From the human T2T-CHM13v2.0 reference genome, Homo sapiens, in NCBI RefSeq assembly GCF_009914755.1, contig NC_060944.1: a stretch of 64,000 nucleotides of DNA; one strand, 5' to 3'. A program made the position numbers and the translations under genes. The number at the start of each line of letters is the position of its first letter. Position 1 is the first letter of the stretch. The notes under the pieces were generated by a model, which was given only the letters and a program-made list of their open reading frames with translations, ran no database searches and was not told the origin of the DNA. Shown one piece after another: positions 53,651 to 64,000 of the stretch.

Positions 53651-54450
53651 TGTGTGTGTGTGTGTATATATATATATATGGTGTGTGTATATATATATGG
53701 TGTGTATATATATATGGTATATATATATGGTGTATATATATATATGGTATATATATATGGTGTGTATATATATATGGTATATATATATGGTGTATATATA
53801 TATGGTATATATATATGGTGTATATATATATATGGTATATATATATGGTGTATATATATATATATGGTATATATATATGGTGTATATATATATGGTATAT
53901 ATATATGGTGTATATATATATATGGTATATATATATGGTGTATATATATGTGGTGTATATATATGGTATATATATGGTGTATATATATGGTATATATATG
54001 GTGTGTGTATATATGGTGTATATATACACACACCATATACCATGGAATACTACTCAGCCATAAAAAGGAATGAAATAATGGCATAATGAAAAGGAATGAA
54101 TAATGGCATAATGGTATTAGCTGCAACCTGTGTGGAATTAGAGACTATTATTCAAAGTGAAGTAACTCAGGAATGGAAAAGCAAACATCATATGTTCTCA
54201 CTCATATGTGGGAGCTAAGCTATGAGGATGCAAAGGCATAAGAATGATACATTGGACTTTGGGAACTCAGGGGAAAGGGTGGGAGTTGTCGAGGGATAAA
54301 AGACTACACATTGGATACGGTGTACACTGCTCGGGTGATGGGTGCACAGAAATCTCAGAAATCACCACTGAAGAAATTATTCATGTAACCAAACACCACC
54401 TGATCCCCAAAACCTATTGAAATAAAAAGTAATAAAAAAAGAAAAGAAGA
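53091..54450 (+). mobile_element. L1PB1-like 3' fragment nested in L1MC
   Basis: ORF2 peptide [12 protein letters not shown]; 3' end gataaaagactacacattgg...aaacctattgaaataaa; TSD gtaaaagaa at 53082-53090 and 54488-54496. Confidence 0.88.
53608..54040. repeat. TA-rich VNTR: (TA)n followed by alternating GGTG(TA)nT / GG(TA)nT units
   Basis: Direct observation; about 29-31 bp higher-order period. Confidence 0.97.
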
Positions 54451-55299
54451 GTAATTATATAAAGATCACTGTTTAAACACACAAACAGTAAAAGAATAAA
54501 CAAATAGGCTAATAGAACAGGATAGACAGCCCCAAATTTGGAAGCAACCAAGATGTGCTTCAACAGATACATAAATAAACTATGGTACAGACATACAATG
54601 GAATGTTATTCAGTGATATAAAGAAATGAGCCATCAAGCCACAAAAAGACATTTAGGAACTTTTAATGCATATTGCTCAGCAAAAGAAGCCAATTTGAAA
54701 GGGTTATATATTGTATGATTCCAACTATGTGACATTTTGGAAAAGATAAAACTGTACAGACAGTAGAAAGATAAGTAGTTGCTTGGGGCTCCAGGGGTAG
54801 GGAGGAAGGAGGGATAACTAGGTGGAGTGTAGAGGGTTTTTAAGGTGGCAAAACTATTCTCTTATGATACTATAATGATGGATACATGACATTACATATT
54901 TTCAAAACTCATAAAATGTAGAACATCAAAGGCTGACCCTAATGTTAGCCATGCACCTCAGTTAATAATAATGTATCAATATTGGTTAATCAGTTGTTAC
55001 AAATGTACCTCACCAATGCAAGATGTTAGTAATAGGGGAAACTGGTTATCGGGGGAGCATTTGGGAACTCTGTACATTCTGTTCAGCTTTTCCCAAAACC
55101 ACTCTAAATTTGTTAAGACCTTATTTTAAGGTCTATTGACAAATGACAAGAAAAAAATTATGTAAATTGGAGTTTTAAAAATTAGTGTTTGTGATTATTA
55201 ACTTACAAAATAAATTGGAACAGAATTCATGGTTTGCTTGTTAAAAAATGAGTTCTGTTTGAAAGACAAAAGGGCGACATTATAGAAATGGAAAATACT

Positions 55300-55540
55300 G
55301 TGTTTGAGGTTGTGCATGGTGTAGTGGAAGGCCACAGTTCAGGGGCTGGTCACTCTGTGTTTGAGTCCCCTCCAGCCCGTTTCTGAGAAGTACTGGGACT
55401 TCAAATTAGTTACAACTAAGCTTCGGACTTCACATCTGCAAAGTGAGGATAGGGAGACCTACTTGATGGGGTTGTTGTGAAGGTGAAGAGAGAGGAAGTC
55501 TGTCAAAGCAATTAAACAACACCCGGCATGTGGAGCTCTG
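55300..55540 (+). mobile_element. MIR
   Basis: catggtgtagtggaa...catctgcaaagtgaggata...gttgttgtgaagg. Confidence 0.65.
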
Positions 55541-55929
55541 TGCCTCGCCCTGCTTCGAAACCTTTCCTGGTGCTGACCTGAATGTTTCTCTCTGATTCGG
55601 TCAACAGTTGTGCCATTTTTGGCTAGTGATCTGTGGCTGGGCTGCCAGCCGATGACAGGCAGTTCCCCAAGCAGGTCACAACAAGGTGGCAATTGACCTT
55701 GCTCCCCGAGGATGTCTGTTCGGGTTCTGCTAGAAGCCAAGGGCTCCCTGATGTGGGGTTTCGGTTTCACACTGTGGCACTCTGAACAATTCTTTATGGG
55801 CTGGCAAAAGGCGTTTCACACTTCAGATAGGCCCCAGGAGGATGATTTGCTTTCTTCAAGGAGAACTGAGAATTCTCAGATGATTGGAAGGTTCTGTACT
55901 CTCATTTTAGCACCTCCGATAGATTCTCC

Positions 55930-56064
55930 CACATGTGGCAAACACAGTCATAGCTGGAGGTCCATTGTCGGTTGTTAACAGGCAGTGAACTGTTGCTGAA
56001 TCAGACAGTCCAGGTATAGGGCATTTCCATCATCACAGAAAGTTCTGTTGGTCAGAGCATCTAA
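55930..56064. mobile_element. MER3-like fragment
   Basis: catttccatcatcacagaaagttctgttgg. Confidence 0.55.
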
Positions 56065-56930
56065 AGCATATTCGGCCTCTCCCCCTAGCCACCCTGTTTA
56101 TCTCTTGCTTGCATTCCTCCTTGCTATTTGTGCTGCTGCCACCCCAGTTCCAGCCCCCAATGCCTAATAACATCCTGATAGATCAATAGAGTTGTGTTTT
56201 AGCAGGTCTAACATCATGTTGTATCTCTGGCCTCTCAAATGGCAGAGCTACTCCTCTGCTTGGTGCTTAAGGCCTCATCAGGGCCCTGACCGCCTGTGTC
56301 ACCTTACAGTCTCCATCCTCCAGGATATGCCGAGGAGTGCATGGAGTGCACACACAGACTGCTTGCTGTTTATTGAGTAAGCTTTGTCAGTCTGTGCTAG
56401 GTCTGTTTCACAATCCACTCTCCATCTGCCCTGGTCAAACTCTTCTCCATTGTGTATCTGCTTCTTATATATCACCAGAGACAATTTCTCCCTCAGGTAA
56501 ACACCTGAATACTTCAGGTTTCCCTTCCACGTGACACCCAGCACATCCTGCTTCATATGCAATTTGTCTGTCTGCATCCCCCAGCCTTGCTTCTTCCTGG
56601 AGTGCTTGTTCCTTTAGGAACAGGTGCTCTAGGCCTTCTTCTGTGTAGGCTAGCCCAGCAATACATAATTACCAAGCAATACATACTTGGTAAATTGTAA
56701 GATGCTTTTTCCAAGATACAATTTCTAAATTTCTTCTCTAAGAAGTTCTTTCCTAAACTTCCATAGGAACAAGCCAGCATACTTGCATTGACTCCACATT
56801 GGGAGACTACAGAATCGCTCCCTCAAGCAATCCTCTCTCCTTGCATCAGTCTCCTGTCTCTGTGCCTCTAGACTAACATTCAGCCACACTAGCTGAGTGT
56901 CCCCTTCTGCAGACTAGGAGGATTGGGTTG

Positions 56931-57385
56931 TGTATTAGACACTGTCCATGCCTAGTTCGTATCTCTTAGGCGTTACTACTTAGTATGTATTATCAGAGCC
57001 TCCCATTGCCTGAACCTGAATCTCTTTGCCTGAGGGTTCTGGGAGACTTCTCCAATCCCTAAGAGGACCACACCACCTGCCCCTCAAAGCAGACCAGAAG
57101 TTCCAGGAGAATGAAGACCCCTGAGAAAAGTCCTTGACCAAGAACTGATGAGTCAGTGTGTAAATATCCCAGTTCCCTTGCCTATTCGATGGGATGGCTC
57201 TGAGGTGCATGCTCTGTGTGGTTTTCTGGAGGCCCCCAGCAGGATGAAGCTTCAGTTGCCCACAGCAGTAACTGGCTTGATAAATTACTTTGTTGACTCC
57301 TTTGTTGGCCCCTTTATTCCCTATCCCTTTCTCCTCACATGTATCTTTGTCTTAAGCTCTACTTCTGAGGAACCCAAATTCAGAT
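56931..57385 (+). mobile_element. ERVL solo LTR, LTR16 family
   Basis: gtaaatatcccagttccct...cagttgcccacagcagtaactggcttgataa...ggaacccaaa. Confidence 0.75.
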
Positions 57386-59520
57386 TGAATGACTCCCAAG
57401 TAATCTTCCTTTCCAACTCTCTGGCTGCTTTGGTTTTTATCATCCTTTGATTTGCTCTGGTTGGTGTTTTGCCTACACAGGTTACCACTGTGTGGCATAT
57501 GTTTCTAAGCTTCAGATGAAATTATTGTCTCACTCATGTCACAAGACTAATCCTTGTAAATGGCGTGTCCAACCAGGGACCCAGCAGGGTGAGACGCAAA
57601 CCTCGAGAGCACGGGCACCGTTGGAGGCCTCCAGGAGTCCTGGAGAAGACAGTGCAGAGAAGCTCTTGGCTGCAGTAGCTCTACCTTAAGCCAGGGATTA
57701 CTGAGAGTTACCCACTCTGCTATTTATAAGGACTGAATTCATAGCTAGGGAGTTTATATATGAATAATGGGAAATAACTTTTTTATGTGATATTTCATTT
57801 TGTTCTGTAGTTGGTAAAAAGAGCACTTTATTAAAATAGAATTTGGTAGATGAGATCAAAGTTACCTTGAAAAATTACTTTTACAAATTTATTTCTGTCT
57901 GAGTTTGCTCCTACTTTTCTTAATTCTGACTCTCCTATTCTTTCTTTTCATTCTTCTCCTTCCTTTTCTTTCTGCCTCTCTTTTTATGATGATTTTTTGT
58001 GCTATTGCATTTAGGAAACATTAAGGTATTTTCTTTTTGAAATGCACATACACATGGTATCATTTACCAGTTTAGCTTTTGAATCTATTGGAAGATTCTA
58101 AACAAAAAGATATGTGTTGCTGTCTCTTTGCCACTACGCCTGCCAGACATCAATAGTCAATTGTAGCATCATTCTCAATCTTGAGCTCCAGGGCACCATG
58201 GTAATTGATGGGTATCAGCATAGGAGAGGAAACTGTTATGATCTAATGGAAATGATTAGATTAGGTAGACCAATGTAGGCAGATACTTGATATTCTTTTC
58301 CTTTCATTTGTCCTTTGTTAGGAGAAGGAGACTGAATGATTACTTCAGAAGAAGGGAGGTTCTTGGACAAATTCTTGAGTTCCATGGGTTGTGAGTCTGT
58401 CTTGGGTACAGACCGTGCTGTTTCTCATCCATCTTGGAGAACTCCAAGAAAGAGTAGAACCACAAGCTGGATGTTCCACTCACCTCTGTCCAGGCCCCCA
58501 GTGGCAGTTTAATTCTCAATATGGACAGATAGGATGCTTACCTTTTCTCTCCTCCTGTAGACTTTATACATATTAATGCCCTGGCTTTCCCCATGGCCCA
58601 GCCTCCATTATTGACATTACCTGTCCTTAGATGCTTTGATGTTTGGCTGTCTTTTTGATGGTGGCCAATGGTCCAGGCCCAGGGCTGGCCTCCATAGGGT
58701 CTCTTGGGAGGGTGATAGAGAGGAGACAGTTCCCTATGTCAACACCTTATCTCAGTCCTCCCCAGAACCTTGGCCTTGTCACTGCTGCAGTCTGAAGTTC
58801 TCATTTTCCCTTCAGGTTGTTGGATTTCCTCATACACCCAAACGTGGGGATCATCTCCCACTCCTAAATACTTTTGCAAAGCTGAAGCTTGTTGTTGCTA
58901 TTTCCTCTCTATTTCACCTTCACATCATCAGCAGACAGTATCATCGCCTGCCTGTGGGCTTAGCTGCTTTTCTCTAGGTCTGAATGTGTGATGAAACAAG
59001 AGCTCTTCCCTCTGACTTTGTGACCATCTCCCTCCCCAGCTTCTCCTTCCCTCTTGGCCTTATGTCCTGGCCTGCGAGTCAACTTGGAGAGCTTTTCCAA
59101 TTTTTGCTGTGGAACCTAAGTTAAGTGATTAAGCTTCCCATGGGCCCTTGTGTGTCCAACAACAGGGTTAGTAACGTTTTCCTCTCCCAGCCTCCCCTAG
59201 GACTCCTTTCCTGGGGTATCTGTCAGCATCTTTTATTGATAGTTGGACTGGAGGTTTGGCTTTGTCAGCTCTCTTCTGAACACTCCCCAAGGCTTCATGC
59301 ACTTCACCTCAGTTTCCACCAGGTGGTTAGTTTGAAGCAGGCTGAACACAGTAATATCCAGAGACTCCATGGGTTTGATCAAACACAGAATGTGTAGAAA
59401 ATGCCTTCATCTGGGATGCTTTCACACTCCAGTGGTTAGAGAGCACAGCTTCAAAACAAAAAGTTAGCCTTTGTGCCATTAATGCATTGTGAAGGAAATG
59501 GTGCCCCTCAAGTTCCTGGG

Positions 59521-59988
59521 TGTCATAGGTGGGGCTCCTACAAGCAGAGCCTGAGGTGAGGACTCCGGAGCCTGTGTTTTATTGAGGGAGAGCTCTCAGG
59601 GGATACCGATGAAGGAAGGAGAGAAGCAGGACAGGGCAGGGGAGGGGCTGCACAGGGAGGATGAGGGGGTAGCAGGGCAGCTCAGCCTTGGCCTGAACCA
59701 TTGTCGGTGGGAGGGGCGGGGAGGGGGTAGTTCTGTGGCTTAAATTACACCCAAAGTTGCCTTTCTTGAGTCAAGGGCCTTAGCATTTGTACTTAAAGTG
59801 GTCGGTCATTGAAAGCCCCCAGGGCAGAGTGGGGGTACAGCCTTCGATGAGGCCCTATCCAGGGGGCCCTATTGATGAAGGGCAGTTCTGCAGAGAGTCT
59901 CAGCTTTAGCCCTGCACTCACAGTAGCTGGCACTGCGGTACCAACCACTAAGAGAGACCTGGGCCAGCACCAACGGCAGCAACTACCC
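59521..59988 (-). mobile_element. ERVL solo LTR, LTR16C-like
   Basis: tgtcataggtgggg...tttattgagggagagctctcagg...gacctgggccagcacc. Confidence 0.6.
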
Positions 59989-60019
59989 AAGCCTTCTTGG
60001 CTCACGACAAAGGAAACTA

Positions 60020-60225
60020 ACATTATTAACGGCTGCTGTGAGTAGGTGCAGTGTGGAGAGCTTCTACACCCATCTCCTCATTTGATTATTGAAACAGCCC
60101 TTAAACACGTTATTATTTTTCCTGATTTTCAAATGAAGACTCTGAGCCTCAGGGATTCAGGAACTTCCTAAGGTCTAAACTGTAAGCAGAAGAGTTGGAA
60201 TTTGAACTCAGATCCCTCTTTCTTG
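60020..60225 (-). mobile_element. MIR
   Basis: ttttcaaatgaagactctgag...ggaatttgaactcag. Confidence 0.65.
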
Positions 60226-60408
60226 GTTTCTCACCCCAAAGCCCAAGTCCGCATTGAACCTTAAGGTTAAATTGCTGCCTGGACCAGAGACACTTGTTTC
60301 AACATGTGAAGTCTCAGCTGTTGGTGGGGAAGAGACATTGGGTAGGAATTTCCTGTACAATCATCTTTTAAAGTCTTTAAGGTCATCACTCAGGGCTATT
60401 TGCTTTTA

Positions 60409-60804
60409 TTGTCATGTGTCTTGTACCAACATTTTGTCAATGATGGACCACTTATGCAATGGTGGTCCCATAAGATTATAATGGAGCTGAGAAAACCTTA
60501 TCACCGAGTGACATCACAGCTGTTGTAATGTCATAGCATAATGCATTATCTTTTCTATGTTGAGATACACTTAGATACACAAAATACTTGCCATGGTGTT
60601 CCAGTTGCCTGGAGTATTCAGTGCACTGTCGTGCTATACAGGTTTGTAGCCTAGGAGCAATAGGCTATACCTCATAGCCTAGGTGTATAGTAGGCTATAC
60701 TAGCTAGGTTTGTGTAAGTATGCTCTATGATGTTCGACAACCATGAAATCATCAAAAGATGCATTTTTCAGAACACGTCTTCATCATTAAGTGATGCATG
60801 ACTG
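60409..60804. mobile_element. Tigger3a/b (MER7/Golem) MITE
   Basis: ggtggtcccataagattataat; tttgtagcctaggagcaataggctatac; taagtgatgcatgactg followed by TA. Confidence 0.88.
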
Positions 60805-61074
60805 TATTTATACAGTTGTAAATTTAGAAGTCAAAACAAACTTCTATGTCAGCTCCCCAAACAAGCCCACAGTAGATTCAAATCACCAGTTTGGAAGGTA
60901 GGTCATCTACAGGCAGGGGGAAGCTAAAGATTTGATATGAAAGGAGAGACAGTTTAATCATAGCTATTTAAAAAAAAATAGTCTTGGGCCATTCAGTTAG
61001 AGAAAGCTGCTGCTTTACACTCTTTAGTAGGTGACAAATATGTCATCAGATTACATCCTAGAATTAACTGGAAT

Positions 61075-61200
61075 CTGTTTGCTCATCTTTTTTCAATAGA
61101 CTTATTGAGTACCTTCAGTGTGTCAGAAACTGTGCTAGAGATGCAAGAACTATTAAGACATGATCCTTGTGCATAAAGAGCTTGCATCTTAAAAGCTTGA
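61075..61200 (-). mobile_element. L2 3' end fragment
   Basis: ttattgagtacc...tgtgtcagaaactgtgctag. Confidence 0.6.
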
Positions 61201-61298
61201 ACACAAGGAGGCTGCAGAGGAAGACAGAGCAAGCACCTCTCCTGAGCAGAGTTCTTTATCACATTAGCCAGACTAATAAAAATGCATGACCTGATACA

Positions 61299-62100
61299 CT
61301 CATAAAAGGATGTTCAACATCATTAGTCATTGGGAAATGAAAATTAAAATTGCCATGAGATAGTACTGCACTAGAGTTGCTCAAGTTTAAAAGCTGACAA
61401 TACCAAGTCTTGTCAAGGATGTGAAGACTCTGGACTCTAATATATGGTTGATGGACATGTAAGATGGTGCAGCTATCTTGGAAAACAGTTTGGAGTTTCT
61501 TATAAGACATATGAACCAGCCATTCCACCCTTAGGTATTTACCCAAGATAAATGAAAATATATGGTTACCAAAAAGATGTTCACATGAATGTTTATAGCA
61601 ATTTTATTCTAATAGCTCCAAACTAGAAAAATCCAGATGTCCTCCAACTGGTAAATGAACAGTTAGAGGCACATCCATGCAATGGAAAGCTACTCAATAG
61701 TTTCAAAGAATGCACCCCTGAAACCCACAACCGCATGAACGGACCTCACAGACATCATACTATTCTTGAGCTGAAGCTGCAGTGTAAAAATAAAATTAAG
61801 TTTAAAAATAATTAGAAATAAGTAATTTGAAAACAGAAAAAAATAATTTAAAAACATGCCAAATGAAAGGAACCAGACACAAAAGAATACATGCTTTGTG
61901 ATTCTAGTTGTATGAGAGTCTAGGAAATGCAAACGAGGCAATAGGAGCAGAAAGCAGCTCAGTAATGTTATGGGGGTCAGGTGCAGGGGGTTGGCCTACA
62001 GAGGAGGACAAGAAACTTCCAGGGATGGCAGAATTGTACACTTTAAGTGGCTGCAGTTTATTTTATGTAAATTATACCTCAATAAAATTCATTTTTCAAA
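61299..62100 (+). mobile_element. Old L1M (MB-ME) 3' fragment
   Basis: gatgttcaacatcattagtcatt; ggaaaacagtttgg; aattatacctcaataaa. Confidence 0.8.
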
Positions 62101-62167
62101 AAGCACCTAGAAGCATGCCCAACACATAGCAAATGGTCAATAAATGGTGGACTTCATAAAAAATTTC

Positions 62168-62172
62168 TGTAT

Positions 62173-62215
<43 letters not shown>
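62168..62215. repeat. (TG)n microsatellite
   Basis: Direct observation. Confidence 0.97.
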
Positions 62216-62217
<2 letters not shown>

Positions 62218-62227
62218 ACCCAGTAAG

Positions 62228-62446
62228 CTCATAGAATGATGTTCAACATCATTAGTCATTAGGAAATGAAGATTAAAACTACATGAGATCATGTAGTACT
62301 AGTGCAGTAGTACTGCACTAGAGTGGCTTAAGTTTAAAAGTTGACAATACCAAGTCTTCTCAAGGATGTGTAGCAACCAGGATCTAATATATGGTTGATA
62401 GAAATGTACGATGGTACAGCCACCTTGGAAAACAGTTTGGAATTCT
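62228..62446 (+). repeat. Local duplicate of L1M segment 61299-61500
   Basis: Shares distinctive blocks tagtactgcactagagt, tgacaataccaagtctt and tctaatatatggttgat with the first copy. Confidence 0.8.
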
Positions 62447-63719
62447 CCCAATGCATGCTAGGTTCTTGCCAGCCTCTCCCCTCAGATAAGTCACTTCTCC
62501 TCCTTTGGGCAGCAGCAAGGTACAGAAACTTCAAGCTCTTCCCTGTAAGGCAAAAATGCCAACTCCAACTCACCTTCTTGGTGGCCTCTTAGCATCAGAG
62601 AAGGCTACTTCCTGACAGAAGCAATTGTGTTCTCTGTTTCATCTTGGCTTCCTTATGACCCCTTTCAGACTTATCAGGACTGTGTGCCACTCCTCAGACT
62701 GGGCTGAGTCAGGAAACCAGCCGGCTCTCCATGCCTGTCCTCCACATGGCATCAGAAGGGAGGAAGCTACATGTGGTTCCAATCACTGCATTACAGACTC
62801 AGCCTTTATGCCCTTCATTGTGTTTGGTTTGGAGGCCCCCTCGCAGACTTTATCCACTAGCTCGGTTCTTATGTTAAATTTATGTCTGGGTTCAGAACAC
62901 TTCACATGATAACCACTGATTAAAATCCAAAAAATGAGACAGAAAGAAGACAGGATAAGAAGGATGACACATTCGAAAATAAGTGATCTTAATTCCTGGG
63001 CTCAACATTCTCCATCTGCTAAGATAAACAAGTGCAACTTCCTTTGCCTCCTTACATTGTGATTTGATTCTTCTCTCTGGCCTCTACCTGGAGCTGTAGG
63101 ACCCCCAGGGTGTTAGCCACTGACCTGACCACTGGACCCTTGGAGAATCCCCAGCCCCTCTGGAATGTGCAGGGATTTCTAACTCCATGACATTTTGGTG
63201 AAGAATTTTATTTTCAAAAACATAGCATAAAATAGAACAACAGCAGGTATTTCCAACCTATAGTGAATAAACAACCTGGTGGTGAAGGAATGTATATGCT
63301 TCTTTATCCGCACATTAGTGGCAAGATCTGGTAGTGAGCCTAATAACTCCTGTCAGTTTGAATTGTTGATGAGCATAAATGCTATTTTGAGATGCCTGCT
63401 ACATTGTAATGGGCTGTAAAATACCTGACTGCCGTTGATGATAAAGTCATGGAAATTGCTAACACTGTGTGGTGTGCTGCCTACATTCATATTAGAAGGA
63501 ACTGCTACATTTGGGTTAGAAGTTATTTAAAAACATATGTATTTTGCTCAATTCACTTTAGAGACCCCCTAAATTCTACCCATAGTCACCTAGGGGGTCT
63601 ATAGACCCCAAATTAAGAACCCTTGGAATTAGGACCAAACTCTGCCACCTGCCAGGTATTCTCACTGAGATGAGTGACCTGTCACCACTCCTGCCAACAG
63701 CATATGCCACCTCCTAAAT

Positions 63720-64000
63720 TATTTTTAAAAAGTGATAAAACATTTCAGATACAAAAACATATAGGGAGTAACATAATGAATATCCATATACTCATCATTC
63801 ACCTAAGACATAAACTGTTTGCAAATGTATTTTGAAATCCCCTGCAGACTTGTCACTGCACACAGTTTCAATCTGTTCCTTTCTCCCAAGGGCAACTACT
63901 AACTAGAATTGTCTTTTGGATTCCTGTATGTATCCTTATGCCTTTTCCACAAATGTATGTACCCATGAACAATGCCAAGTATCAGCTGCATGTTTTTAAA
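63720..64000 (-). mobile_element. Old L1ME-like 3' fragment
   Basis: aacataatgaatatccatatactcatc; gggcaactactaactagaatt. Confidence 0.5.

Larger units (their letters stand above)
52420..55110 (+). mobile_element. L1MC-like element (ORF2 remnant plus 3'UTR) split by an L1PB insertion
   Basis: ORF2 similarity breaks at 53090 and resumes at 54497 (taaacaaataggctaatagaacagg); L1MC-type 3' end. Confidence 0.8.

Noticed and set aside
53477-54126. YIYI/VYIY-rich ORFs in all six frames and a repeat-spacer-like appearance
   Set aside because: Artefact of the TA-rich VNTR; no unique spacers, no cas genes and eukaryotic context, so not CRISPR
63638-63658. CTCF-like words (ctgccacctgccagg; also near 25682 and 35020)
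   Set aside because: Only partial matches to the core motif; unsupported without a PWM scan or ChIP data

Overview
Primate, most likely human, non-coding genomic DNA. Roughly half is recognisable interspersed repeat: 9 Alus (J, S and Y lineages), L1 fragments from old L1M to L1PA/L1PB, L2, MIR, MaLR and ERVL solo LTRs, Tigger/Charlie/mariner MITEs and microsatellites. I cannot support any protein-coding gene, RNA gene, CpG-island promoter or CRISPR array. The ORF track is explained by Alu/L1 remnants, simple repeats and chance. I found no evidence for a new multi-gene system. The most interesting signals are mechanistic scars read from the sequence. (1) A composite L1PA splitting a MER2B, with a 17-bp TSD, 5' inversion, internal deletion and probable 3' transduction. 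(2) A second 5'-inverted L1 and two more candidate micro-transductions. (3) Two local non-tandem duplications about 0.9 kb apart, one carrying a 19-nt insertion built from inverted copies of both flanks. (4) A near-consensus AluY that may be polymorphic. (5) A (C6A)n G4/i-motif tract inside an Alu TSD pair. (6) A TA-rich higher-order VNTR born in an L1PB. (7) Six LTR16-family LTRs and two CpG-retaining repeat-free segments that may be enhancers. Subfamily names come from recalled consensus sequences, not a RepeatMasker run; boundaries of old elements are approximate.
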